Shown: piece by piece, positions 49,943-59,180 of the stretch
Layout of the letters: every line of letters starts with the position of its first letter
How positions within the stretch are numbered: the stretch's first letter is position 1
Assembly (NCBI GenBank): GCA_963681965.1
Contig: OY820579.1
Coordinates: forward strand, 559,078 to 623,077
Reading direction: 5' to 3'
From: a bacterium
GTDB taxonomy: Bacteria > Electryoneota > JAOADG01
Length of the DNA stretch: 64,000 bases
The notes under the pieces: generated by a model
Database searches by the model: none
Told to the model about the DNA's origin: nothing
What the model saw: the letters and a program-made list of their open reading frames with translations, nothing else
Made by a program: the position numbers and the translations under genes

Positions 49943-51436
49943 ATGGCTAAAGTCGATATGGTGATGCCGCAATTAGGCGAATCGATTGCCGAAGGCACGA
50001 TTGTTAATTGGAAAGTGAAAGTTGGTGACAAGGTCGAGCGCGACGGTACGATTCTGGAAGTCGCGACCGATAAGGCGACCTTGGAAGTTCCTTCCCCGGC
50101 TACCGGAATTCTGGCTGAAATTCTTGTAAATAAAGATCAAACTGTGCCAATTAAAACGGTGATTGCGCGGATCGAGACCGATGTTACCGCTTCGGTAGGG
50201 GTGACACCCGAGCCGAAGGTCGACCGCCCGAAGGATTTTCCGGAACCAGTTCACACCGAGCAGGTGGATGCGCGCAGTACCTCTCCGCATGACGGTTCGG
50301 ATCGTGGTGGATTGGAACCGAAGGTTTTTCAACGAGGTGGAAAGTCGGAACCGGCTCCTGCACCGGTCGCACCGGTGGCAAAAACGGCGGCAGCGCCCGT
50401 GGTTTCTGGCGAGAAGCGGTTTTATTCGCCGGTGGTCATGAAAATTGCCGCAGATAACATGATAGGAATGGAAGAGTTAGCTCGAATTCCCGGGACTGGT
50501 CTTGATGGTCGTGTATCGAAAAAAGATCTCGAAGCCTATTTATCGCATCGGGTAGTTTCACCTGCCACTTCCGTTTCATTAGTAATGGAGCAAACAGCTC
50601 AACCGACTTCGAGTTATGCACCGCCGCCACCGCCTCCACCAGCACCAATTGCGGGTGTGGATAACTCCGGCTATCTCATGGTACCGAATTATCCACAGTA
50701 TCAAGCGACTTGGAAAGAGGGCGATCGGGTCGAAGTGGTCCCGATGGAATACATCCGGCGTAAGATCGCGGAACATATGGTGTATTCGAAACATACCGCA
50801 CCACACGTCTATTCCAGTTGCGAAGTCGATCTGACTCGCATTATGAAGTGGCGTGAAATCAATAAGAAACGAATTCAGGATCGCGAAGGGGTCAACCTGA
50901 CGCCAACCGTTTTTGTGACATATGCGGTGATTCAGGCACTGAAGGAGTTCCCGTGGGTGAATGCGTCGGTGCGTGGTACCGAAGTGATTGTTCGGAAAGA
51001 TTATCACATCGGGATTGCCACCGCTACCGAAAAAGATCTTGTCGTTCCGGTTGTCAAACATGCCGACCAGCTTTCGTTGATCGGGATTGCGAAACAGATT
51101 TCCGCATTGGCAGCGAAAGCGCGAAACAAGACGATTACCCCGGATGAATTGCAGGGGGGAACGTTTACGATCACAAATGCCGGTATTTTCGGCAATATCT
51201 GGGGTGCACCGATCATTAATCAGCCGCAAGTCGCGATTCTCAGTACTGGCGCGGTGGTCAAGCGGGCGTGGGTGTTGACCGATGCCGACGGCGAAGATAC
51301 GATTGCGATCCGCAGTATTATGGCACTGACGCTCAGTTACGATCATCGTGTGGTCGATGGAATGCTCGGCGGCAAATTCCTCAGCCATATCCGCAAGACC
51401 CTTGAGGCGCTGAAACCGGAGGAATTAGGTTTGTAA
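49943..51436 (+). CDS. 2-oxo-acid dehydrogenase E2 (dihydrolipoamide acyltransferase)
   Basis: N-terminal lipoyl domain (..ILEVATDKATLEVPSP..), Pro/Ala-rich linkers, E3-binding domain, catalytic domain with LSYDHRVVDG. Confidence 0.9.
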   Translation: MAKVDMVMPQLGESIAEGTIVNWKVKVGDKVERDGTILEVATDKATLEVPSPATGILAEILVNKDQTVPIKTVIARIETDVTASVGVTPEPKVDRPKDFPEPVHTEQVDARSTSPHDGSDRGGLEPKVFQRGGKSEPAPAPVAPVAKTAAAPVVSGEKRFYSPVVMKIAADNMIGMEELARIPGTGLDGRVSKKDLEAYLSHRVVSPATSVSLVMEQTAQPTSSYAPPPPPPPAPIAGVDNSGYLMVPNYPQYQATWKEGDRVEVVPMEYIRRKIAEHMVYSKHTAPHVYSSCEVDLTRIMKWREINKKRIQDREGVNLTPTVFVTYAVIQALKEFPWVNASVRGTEVIVRKDYHIGIATATEKDLVVPVVKHADQLSLIGIAKQISALAAKARNKTITPDELQGGTFTITNAGIFGNIWGAPIINQPQVAILSTGAVVKRAWVLTDADGEDTIAIRSIMALTLSYDHRVVDGMLGGKFLSHIRKTLEALKPEELGL

Positions 51437-51462
51437 GAAACGTCAATGTTTCTCGTAAACAC

Positions 51463-51492
51463 AACCGGGCGTCTGTAGAGGCGCCCGGTTGT
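51463..51492 (+). terminator. Stem-loop terminator (caaccgggcg...cgcccggttg) after the E2 gene
   Basis: 10-bp GC-rich inverted repeat 27 bp after the stop, followed by AT-rich DNA. Confidence 0.55.
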
Positions 51493-51713
51493 ATATTATA
51501 TAATTAATAACTAATGCTAAGCTTTAATTTTGTATTAAGTGGTTTAATAACAATTAAGTTAAAAAACTACATCTTATTCTTGCAAAAGATTGTATCATGT
51601 GTTATGTTTATTTTTTTTATTCCAGACGTAGACAAATACTCTTAGAGGAAGTATGTACTATTGCATTGATGATACTATCCGTAGTATTATGAGAAACTAT
51701 TTCGGTCAGCTCT

Positions 51714-52064
51714 ATGTCAAAGCGAGTTGATAAGATTCTTGCAAAATGGCGTGTAACTGGACAACCTATCCCGATCAAAGAGGTGTACGCCGTTTTAGAA
51801 GAGTATCTTAACAATTATTGGCGTAAAACGAATGGCACATCTCATCAAATTCAAATTGAACATCCGATTCTGTCTTCGATTCCTTGTGTTAGCAATCCAT
51901 TAGGGGTAATGACTATCTGTGTAGATGGAAACAATGTTAAACCTTTGTATTGTAGACGCTTACTTAAAGTAATCGACGCACTTAAGGATAACTCCCATGA
52001 CAAAGAAAACCTTAAATTATTACTTGAATCAGAGATATCCGATTCAATTGATACAACTGACTGA
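51714..52064 (+). CDS. hicA: HicA-family (YcfA-like) toxin with N- and C-terminal extensions
   Basis: ..YWRKTNGTSHQIQIEHP...VDGNNVKPLYCRRLLKVIDAL matches the YcfA/HicA pattern (G-S-H-x-x-x-x-H-P ... lksILkqagl). Sits in an AT-rich islet. Its 3' end overlaps the antitoxin gene. Confidence 0.55.
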   Translation: MSKRVDKILAKWRVTGQPIPIKEVYAVLEEYLNNYWRKTNGTSHQIQIEHPILSSIPCVSNPLGVMTICVDGNNVKPLYCRRLLKVIDALKDNSHDKENLKLLLESEISDSIDTTD

Positions 52065-52545
52065 TAATGACGGAGGAGGATGGAATGCTTCGATTCCGCA
52101 ATTGGGATCGTACACATTTCAAGGCGATGGCGATACTATTGAAACGGCACTGGAGAATTTAGACGCAGCGAAACGTGAATTCTTTCAATTGGCGATTGAT
52201 CGCGGTATTGAACTTCCTGATCCAATTAGCGAGAATGAAGAAAATTATAGTGGAAAATTTGTTGTACGTGTTCCTAAAAATCTTCATCGCTCGCTTTCAG
52301 AAGCTGCAACTGAAAATGAGTGCAGTTTGAATCAGTACGTCGTCTCACTACTATCTTCAGGAGTGACATCGAAATATTTCAAAGCTGCTGCTGACAAATG
52401 GCAACAAGAAGTATTGCATCAAATGCTCCAAGAAATTACTCATGTTAGGAGTTTACTGCCTCATAGGCATGATTTTGATCGAAGTCTTGTAGATTTCCAA
52501 TCGCACTCTCGAGAAATTAATTATCCATATGCAAGGGCGATTTGA
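51997..52545 (+). CDS. hicB: HicB-family antitoxin with a roughly 60-aa C-terminal extension (candidate chaperone-addiction segment)
   Basis: N-terminal RNaseH-like HicB domain (YPIQLIQLTDNDGGGWNASIPQLGSYTFQGDGDTIETALENLDAAKREFF). Ribbon-helix-helix (GKFVVRVPKNLHRSLSEAATENECSLNQYVVSLLS). Then an extra tail ..SKYFKAAADKWQQEVLHQMLQEITHVRSLLPHRHDFDRSLVDFQSHSREINYPYARAI. The start could also be TTG at 52024. Confidence 0.65.
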   Translation: MTKKTLNYYLNQRYPIQLIQLTDNDGGGWNASIPQLGSYTFQGDGDTIETALENLDAAKREFFQLAIDRGIELPDPISENEENYSGKFVVRVPKNLHRSLSEAATENECSLNQYVVSLLSSGVTSKYFKAAADKWQQEVLHQMLQEITHVRSLLPHRHDFDRSLVDFQSHSREINYPYARAI

Positions 52546-52546
52546 T

Positions 52547-52993
52547 ATGTCAGAACAATCCCAAAACAAGCTTCCTTTCAAGCTTAAACCTGAAGAATAT
52601 CAAGAACTTCTTAGCGCAACTGAATTGGAGAATATCAGTCTTATCAATTGGCATGTCCAGTTATTATGTAAAGAATTTCCTCAATGTGGTCAAGTATTAA
52701 AAATTGGTGTTAAATCAGAGAACTCAATCATCTCAGATGAAAAGGCAACAATTCATCACACTTATACTTTAGACGTAAAAGGTGAAAAAAATGGCACAAA
52801 GACATTAAAAATTACCGCGACTTATCTACTCGAGTTTTCTAGTAGTAAACGATTATCGAATGATTTTTTCGAGGTTTATAATAATGTAAGCTTACACACT
52901 ACAATTTGGCCTTTTTTTAGGGAATTGGTCTCCAATAGTACTGCAAGATTAAATATTCCTCCATTAACAATCCCGTTACTAAAATCATTGTGA
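52547..52993 (+). CDS. SecB-like chaperone (third component of the TAC module)
   Basis: MSEQSQNKLPFKLK... and C-terminal TTIWPFFRELVSNSTARLNIPPLTIPLL parallel E. coli SecB MSEQNN..FQIQRIY and [30 protein letters not shown]. Starts 2 nt after the hicB stop. An in-frame ATG at 52529 is an alternative start. Confidence 0.7.
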   Translation: MSEQSQNKLPFKLKPEEYQELLSATELENISLINWHVQLLCKEFPQCGQVLKIGVKSENSIISDEKATIHHTYTLDVKGEKNGTKTLKITATYLLEFSSSKRLSNDFFEVYNNVSLHTTIWPFFRELVSNSTARLNIPPLTIPLLKSL

Positions 52994-53209
52994 TTTATTA
53001 AAAAAGGGCCAATCGACTCTTTTTTCATGATCACTGCAGTTTCAGATTACGGATAGTGTTTCTGTTGATTCACTTATTGACTTGAGTGGAGCAAAAGAGT
53101 TCTTAAAATTGACTAAAGTCGTTGGTATAAAATAAATATACTTGTCTTCCATTAATCCAATTCCCAAAAGATACAATCCAACTAATAATAATATTACTGG
53201 GAGTCGCGA

Positions 53210-54202
53210 TTGAAATCGTGGATTGTTGTATTCGTTTCATTACTTGTTATCATGCATCTTGGATTTACCGCTGAATTGCACCAACCGGGTTGGCATGAAC
53301 TGTCGCTGATGGTGGGGAATGTCGAGCGGTGGTATCGGGTATATGTGCCTGATGACCTGCCGGAACATGCACCGGCAGTGATGCTGCTGCACGGTGGTAC
53401 ACAGAGCATGCGAAAGATTTTCGAGCGCAAGAACGGCGGTACCCAATATTGGCTCGATCTGGCGAAACGCGAAAAATTCCTGCTGATTGTTCCGAATGGC
53501 ACCAACCCGAAAACCGGCGATACAAAGGATGATAAACAGCGTTGGAACGATCTGCGCAAGCCGATCACCGCGACACTCGGAAAAATGGATGATGTGGGAT
53601 TCATCCAGACGCTCCTTGATTGGTCAATCCGAACCTACGCACTCGATTCCACGCGAATATATCTGACCGGCGCATCCAATGGCGGAATGATGTCCTATCG
53701 ATTGCTGCTGGAATTACCGGGTCGGTTTGCTGCGGCGGCTGTGTTTATCTCCTCTATCCCGAACGATCCGAACGTATTACAGCGACACGATGTTCGACCC
53801 ATCCCGCTATTGATCGCGAATGGTACGAAAGACCGCTTCTTCCACTGGAATGGTGGGTATCAAAAGCAGGTCGGTGATGTGATCGGCGCGAATCAGTTAG
53901 TGTCTTGGTGGAATCGAACCAATCAAACCGATTCAACTAAAGCGGTGAGCGATACTCTGCCCGATCGCGATTCCAAAGACGGTTGCCGGATATATCGAAC
54001 CTACTACCCGCCGCAGAAAAATGGTGCTCCACTCGTGTTTTACCAGATCGATGGTGGTGGACACAATTTGCCGTCAATCGCTTACACGATCCCGCAGAAT
54101 TTTATGGTGAAATGGATCTTCGGAACGAATTGCCGTGATGCCGAAGGAGCAGAGCTGGCGTGGGAATTCATGAAAAAGTTCCGTAGCGGAGATAATCGCT
54201 AG
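53210..54202 (+). CDS. Secreted alpha/beta-hydrolase, PHB-depolymerase / esterase family
   Basis: TTG start after tgggag, with a signal peptide. AVMLLHGGTQS oxyanion-hole region. GASNGG nucleophile elbow. GC content returns to the chromosomal level. Confidence 0.7.
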   Translation: MKSWIVVFVSLLVIMHLGFTAELHQPGWHELSLMVGNVERWYRVYVPDDLPEHAPAVMLLHGGTQSMRKIFERKNGGTQYWLDLAKREKFLLIVPNGTNPKTGDTKDDKQRWNDLRKPITATLGKMDDVGFIQTLLDWSIRTYALDSTRIYLTGASNGGMMSYRLLLELPGRFAAAAVFISSIPNDPNVLQRHDVRPIPLLIANGTKDRFFHWNGGYQKQVGDVIGANQLVSWWNRTNQTDSTKAVSDTLPDRDSKDGCRIYRTYYPPQKNGAPLVFYQIDGGGHNLPSIAYTIPQNFMVKWIFGTNCRDAEGAELAWEFMKKFRSGDNR

Positions 54203-54426
54203 GAATCGATCTTGATTCTAGAAACCTACCGATTCGCATTATCGATCTAGTTCATACTGTCAATTAATATTCGCGAATTGGTAATGCTTGTATATTTTGA
54301 TCGCATCAAGATTTTTTCTGCTTGGGAAATTTCCATTGCAGAAATTCGATAATTGCTAAATACACAACAACAATCACTAATAGTGGTAAAGAAACAAGCC
54401 TACGATCCTTTATACCGTTTCTCATA

Positions 54427-55490
54427 AATAGTGTCGCATTGTTTCTTATCTTTATTTCATGCGACCTTTATCTCCTAATCCTGCGAATGGTACTTTGGAC
54501 GAGATCGAAGAAGCCCTTCGTTGTTCGGTTGACCATGACGAGCACTGTCGCTTTCAAGGGATTAAAATGCTCTTGTTAGGGTTACCGGACAATCAAGTTT
54601 GTCAAGTGTTGTCGGTTGTACCGCGATCTTTACAGCGGTGGGTTCAGCATTGGAACGCCGGTGGCATTGACCGTTTGAAACGGATACCGCGACCGGGACG
54701 ACCGCGCAAAGCTAACAAAGAACAACGGTTTCTGGTTGTCGATTGGCTTACCCATCCCGAGCAGCACGGACAGACACACTGGACACTACGCAAGTTGCAT
54801 GGCGTATTGCGTAGCGAACTACGCATCGAATTGGGCTATTCCACGCTCGCCCGTCTTGTTCGCGATGAACGATTTGCCTTGAATATGCCGCGATCCTGGC
54901 CGGCAAAACAGGATGCCGAGGCCCGGTTGGCTTTCACAGAACTGCTGTCGTCGCTGCTTGCCAGCGATCCCAATCGGATTTGGTTCTACGACGAAAGCGG
55001 CATTACCGGCGATCCACGCCCGCGCCGACGCTGGATGCGGAAAGGAGAACGACAAACGGTTCCCTTTACCGGCACCCATTTGCGGGAAAACATTTTGGGC
55101 GCGGTACAACCCTTATCCGGTCGGTTGTTTTCGCTGCAAATGCCGGAAGTGGATCGGGAACTGTTCCAGATTTTCCTTGACCACTTCGCCGAATATACCA
55201 AGGGCGAAAGGGTAACAATGGTGCTGGACAATGCCAGTTGGCACAAGGTTAAATCGTTAAACTGGCATCATATTCAACCAATATTCTTGCCACCCTATTC
55301 ACCCGATCTCAACCCGATAGAACGATTGTGGTTGTATATCAAAGAGCATTACTTCAACCATTGGTACAGCAAGTCCAGAGAAGAACTAAGAGATCGGGTA
55401 ACATGGGCAATACAACAGCTACTCAATCAACCAGAAATTGTAAAATCTGTAACACGAGTGTGAGAGTAAATCACAATGCGACACGATTTT
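54427..55490 (+). mobile_element. IS630-family insertion sequence, about 1.06 kb
   Basis: Imperfect terminal inverted repeats aaatagtgtcgcattgtttc (54427-54446) and the reverse complement of aatcacaatgcgacacgatttt (55469-55490). Contains a single transposase ORF. Confidence 0.7.
54459..55463 (+). CDS. IS630-family transposase (DDE_3)
   Basis: N-terminal HTH (..VPRSLQRWVQHWNAGGIDRLKRIPRPGRPRKA). DDE core ...IWFYDESGIT...VLDNASWHK...LPPYSPDLNPIERLW. Confidence 0.85.
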   Translation: MRPLSPNPANGTLDEIEEALRCSVDHDEHCRFQGIKMLLLGLPDNQVCQVLSVVPRSLQRWVQHWNAGGIDRLKRIPRPGRPRKANKEQRFLVVDWLTHPEQHGQTHWTLRKLHGVLRSELRIELGYSTLARLVRDERFALNMPRSWPAKQDAEARLAFTELLSSLLASDPNRIWFYDESGITGDPRPRRRWMRKGERQTVPFTGTHLRENILGAVQPLSGRLFSLQMPEVDRELFQIFLDHFAEYTKGERVTMVLDNASWHKVKSLNWHHIQPIFLPPYSPDLNPIERLWLYIKEHYFNHWYSKSREELRDRVTWAIQQLLNQPEIVKSVTRV

Positions 55491-55793
55491 CAAGAAATGG
55501 TATAACAAACTGTCCGGAAGCGCATAGCGGACAAACGAAAAAACGAGCATGGAAATTAGGATAAATCCGAAAACGATCTGCGCCGCAACAGCCTGCTGAA
55601 CTTTCGGATTGGTAATCGCAGGCAGTTCATTCGACCATTGTCTAATGATTATCCAGAAAATTCCGGCATAGGCGATTATCATCGCCATACCCAATAGAAT
55701 CCAGCGCGACATACACACTCCGTAAACTCCAAACCGGAAACGATTCAATCTTTTTATCCAAGCGACCGATCGAACGATGGTTGTAGTATACAT
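55491..55793 (-). CDS. Small membrane protein whose 3' end runs into the IS630 right end, so it is probably truncated by the insertion
   Basis: Minus-strand ORF 55419-55793; the last 24 codons lie inside the IS. Two predicted TM helices (WILLGMAMIIAYAGIFWIII; IVFGFILISMLVFSF). The start is uncertain (55793 or ATG near 55713). Confidence 0.3.
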
Positions 55794-55865
55794 TAAATAT
55801 CGATATTCAAATTAATTTAATGTTCTTCGTAATTTATTTCAAATAATTATTCTGGATTTTAGAAA

Positions 55866-55900
55866 AAAAAAGACGCAAGAAGTGTATCCTTGCGTCTGCT
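55866..55900 (-). terminator. Rho-independent terminator of valS (gaagcagacgcaagg-atacactt-cttgcgtct followed by T9 on the minus strand)
   Basis: 9-bp stem followed by nine U residues when read on the minus strand, 27 bp after the valS stop. Confidence 0.75.
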
Positions 55901-55926
55901 TCTATCGACTTTATTGAATGTCGTGC

Positions 55927-58722
55927 CTACTCGCCCAGCGACGCGAGATGCTCCTGCTGCAAGGCAATCTGCTCGATCAGGCGGTCGCGGGCATCCACAA
56001 TCACCTGCACCGCTTCCGGCTTTGCCTTACTGACGAAATTTTCATTCGCGAGTTGTGCATTCTTACCGGTAAGCTGTTTGTTCAAATCTTCGAGCTTCTT
56101 GCGTCCCTTCGCTCGTTCGGCGTCAAGATCCACCAATCCCGCCAGCGGAATATAGACCGCAGTCGGACCTTCCGGCAGAATAAACGATGACGACGATTCC
56201 GGTCGCGCCAGATTTTCACCAATGGTGAGTTCCGCCAATCGCGCCGATTGCCGAATCACCGACTCCATCTCACGCAACTCATCGCGGACCTCCGCGGCAG
56301 CGGTCGAGCAAATTACCGGGAGCGGTGTCTTGTCGGTGAGACCCACCGATGCACGCACATTGCGAATGCCACGCACCAGATCCATCATCACCATGAATTT
56401 CTGCTCGAGCGACGGATCGCGTCGCGTTTCTTCGAGCTCCGGCCAATCCGACACCACCAACAGGGTTCGCATTCCGTGCGGACCCCGTTCCGCCGTCGGA
56501 TGACGTTGCCACAACTCTTCGGTGATATGCGGCATATACGGATGCAGCAACCGCACAAAGGTATCGAGCACCGTGTTCAGAGTACTGCGCACTTCGTTTG
56601 CACTCTGCAATTCATCCGCTGTCGGTGTACGTCCTTCCTCGTTCGGTGCCACCGCTTTCAAGCGCGGTTTGATCAGTTCCAGATACCAATCGCAGAATTC
56701 TTTCCAGAAGAAATCATACAGCGCAAGAGCACCGTCGTGCATCCGGTATTCACCGATTGCCGCCGTCACTTCCTTGTTCACATACTGCAGCCGCGAAAGA
56801 ATCCAGCGATCTTCCCGCGCCGATGGCTGTGCCGGAAGCGATTGCGGAGTCGCTGTTTCCAGAGCAGTATAAGCAAACCGCACCGCATTCCAGATCTTAT
56901 TCGCGAAATGCTTGCCCATCTCCATCCGATCGGCACTCAGCTTAATATCCTGTCCCTGCGTTTCAAGCATCATCAGGGAGAAGCGCACCGCGTCGCTGCC
57001 GTACTGATCGATGAGATCGATCGGATCGATGCCGTTACCGAGCGATTTCGACATTCGGCGACCCTGTGTGTCAAGCACGGTGCCGTTGATATACACGGTC
57101 TGGAACGGACAATTTGTTTCCACCGATTTCCCGTCGAGTTTCATGGTGCCGGTGTGGGGTTTGAATTTCTCACCCGCCATCACCATGCGCGCCACCCAGA
57201 AGAAAATGATTTCGCGTGCCGTCACCAGCAGATCGCCGGGATACCATTTCTGTAAGTCGGGTGAATTCGTATCGGGCCAACCGAGCGTCGAGAACGGCCA
57301 GAGCTGCGACGAAAACCAGGTATCGAGCACATCGGGATCCTGCTCGAGCGCATGGCTGCCGCACTTCGGGCAAGTCGTCGGATCTTCGCGATATGCGGCA
57401 ATATGTCCGCAATCGGTACAAGTCCAAATCGGAATTCGGTGACCCCACCAGAGTTGGCGCGAAATACACCAGTCGCGCACTCCTTCGAGCCATCGTTCGT
57501 ATGTCGTGCCGTAACGCGACGGCACAAATTTCAGGCGACCTTCGCGATACGCTGCCAGTGCCGGTTGCGCGAGTGGCGCCATCTTCACGAACCACTGTTC
57601 GGAGAGATATGGCTCAATCACATCGTCGGTACGATAGCAATGACCCACGGCATGGCGGTACGGCTCTTCTTTGATCAGCAATCCCTGCTCGGTCAAATCG
57701 GCAATGGCTACTTTCCGACAGGCGAACCGTTCGAGACCGCGATATTTTTCCGGTGCATTGTCATTCATCGTACCATCGGTGGCGATCACCACGAATGGTT
57801 CGAGACCGAATCGTTTACCGATTTCGAAGTCGTTGGCATCGTGTGCCGGCGTGATTTTCAAGCAGCCGGTACCGAAATCAAGCTCCACGGCAGAATCGCC
57901 AATCACCGGGATCAGACGGTCGGTCAACGGCAACTTCACCATCTTGCCGATATGTTGATTCCAGCGGGGGTCGTCGGGATGCACTGCCACCGCCATATCG
58001 CCGAACAGCGTTTCGGGGCGGGTTGTCGCCACCACCAGTTGACCACTGCCATCGGCGAGCGGATACGCGATATGCCAGAGGAACGAATCCTCGTCGCGAT
58101 GTTCCACTTCATCGTCCGCAATCGCGCTGTGACAGGTCGGGCACCAGTTCACGATCCGGAGTCCGCGATAAATTAAATTTTCTTCATAGAGTGTACAGAA
58201 CACTTCGCGCACCGCTTTCGCGAGCATATCGTCGAGCGTAAACCGCGTGCGCGACCAGTCGCAGGAGCAACCGAGGCGGCGCAACTGTTCGAGGATGCGT
58301 CCACCGTACAACTCTTTCCACTCCCAGACTTTCTTGATGAAATCTTCGCGTCCCAGCTCGTGTCGATTCGAGCCATTTTTCTTCAGTTCTTTTTCCACCA
58401 CGGTTTGCGTAGCGATACCGGCGTGATCGGTACCGGGCAACCAGAGTGCATCGAAGCCCTGCATTCGTCGCATCCGGATCACTACATCCTGAATCGTGTT
58501 GTTCAGTGCGTGACCCATGTGCAGCGCACCGGTCACATTCGGCGGTGGAATCATGATGGCAAACGGCGGGCGACCGCGATCGCGCGCGATAAAGGCACCA
58601 CTCTCTTCCCAAATCTTATACCAGTGCTGTTCCACCGATGCCGGTTCGTAGGCACCACTCGGTTTCTTTTCCACTGTGGGTTTCGCTGGATTTTCAGTCG
58701 GTTTTGACATTTTCTTTCTCAT
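55927..58722 (-). CDS. valS: Valine--tRNA ligase
   Basis: PPNVTGALHMGHALNNTIQD (HIGH), RRMSKSLGN (KMSKS), C-terminal coiled coil. 931 aa. Confidence 0.95.
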   Translation of the reverse strand: MRKKMSKPTENPAKPTVEKKPSGAYEPASVEQHWYKIWEESGAFIARDRGRPPFAIMIPPPNVTGALHMGHALNNTIQDVVIRMRRMQGFDALWLPGTDHAGIATQTVVEKELKKNGSNRHELGREDFIKKVWEWKELYGGRILEQLRRLGCSCDWSRTRFTLDDMLAKAVREVFCTLYEENLIYRGLRIVNWCPTCHSAIADDEVEHRDEDSFLWHIAYPLADGSGQLVVATTRPETLFGDMAVAVHPDDPRWNQHIGKMVKLPLTDRLIPVIGDSAVELDFGTGCLKITPAHDANDFEIGKRFGLEPFVVIATDGTMNDNAPEKYRGLERFACRKVAIADLTEQGLLIKEEPYRHAVGHCYRTDDVIEPYLSEQWFVKMAPLAQPALAAYREGRLKFVPSRYGTTYERWLEGVRDWCISRQLWWGHRIPIWTCTDCGHIAAYREDPTTCPKCGSHALEQDPDVLDTWFSSQLWPFSTLGWPDTNSPDLQKWYPGDLLVTAREIIFFWVARMVMAGEKFKPHTGTMKLDGKSVETNCPFQTVYINGTVLDTQGRRMSKSLGNGIDPIDLIDQYGSDAVRFSLMMLETQGQDIKLSADRMEMGKHFANKIWNAVRFAYTALETATPQSLPAQPSAREDRWILSRLQYVNKEVTAAIGEYRMHDGALALYDFFWKEFCDWYLELIKPRLKAVAPNEEGRTPTADELQSANEVRSTLNTVLDTFVRLLHPYMPHITEELWQRHPTAERGPHGMRTLLVVSDWPELEETRRDPSLEQKFMVMMDLVRGIRNVRASVGLTDKTPLPVICSTAAAEVRDELREMESVIRQSARLAELTIGENLARPESSSSFILPEGPTAVYIPLAGLVDLDAERAKGRKKLEDLNKQLTGKNAQLANENFVSKAKPEAVQVIVDARDRLIEQIALQQEHLASLGE

Positions 58723-59180
58723 TTCATAAAATAAAAAAATCGGGGCGATTGCCCCGATTCAGACTCGTTGGTGGTGTCGAAGTCAGGGCGTGTCAATTCG
58801 GCGGTGTTACGACCGCACTTTCGATAACGCTACTAACAGGCGACAATTGCATGCTTCCACCCTTCAATTGATTAACGGCACCAATATAATATGATCCCGT
58901 CTCAAAACAAAAATATTCGCGAAATACACAAAGGCGGTCTCTTCGAAAAGAAACCGCCCGCTAACCATTGTTCTCAACTTGACAAACACGAAAATCTCAT
59001 TACATCGGATCGAACCTCATCACCACTTACCCATCCCGAGTTCTTATTATGCAGAGCGCGTGCCATCTCTTATCGTTTCACAATACATTGTAATAATTGG
59101 ACATAAAATGTGCCCTACGCAGAAAATGCAGGCGTATTCGCGCAAAGATTGCGTAAAAGATGCAGACTTTTCGCGATTGG

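Noticed and set aside
54322-54579. 85-aa ORF spanning the IS630 left end
   Set aside because: It crosses the IS inverted repeat and overlaps the transposase start, with an AT-rich, low-complexity translation. Probably spurious.
58723-59180. T-box riboswitch upstream of valS
   Set aside because: No AAnnnGGGTGGnACCGCG T-box sequence or specifier-loop arrangement was found on the valS strand; it is kept only as a generic hairpin leader.
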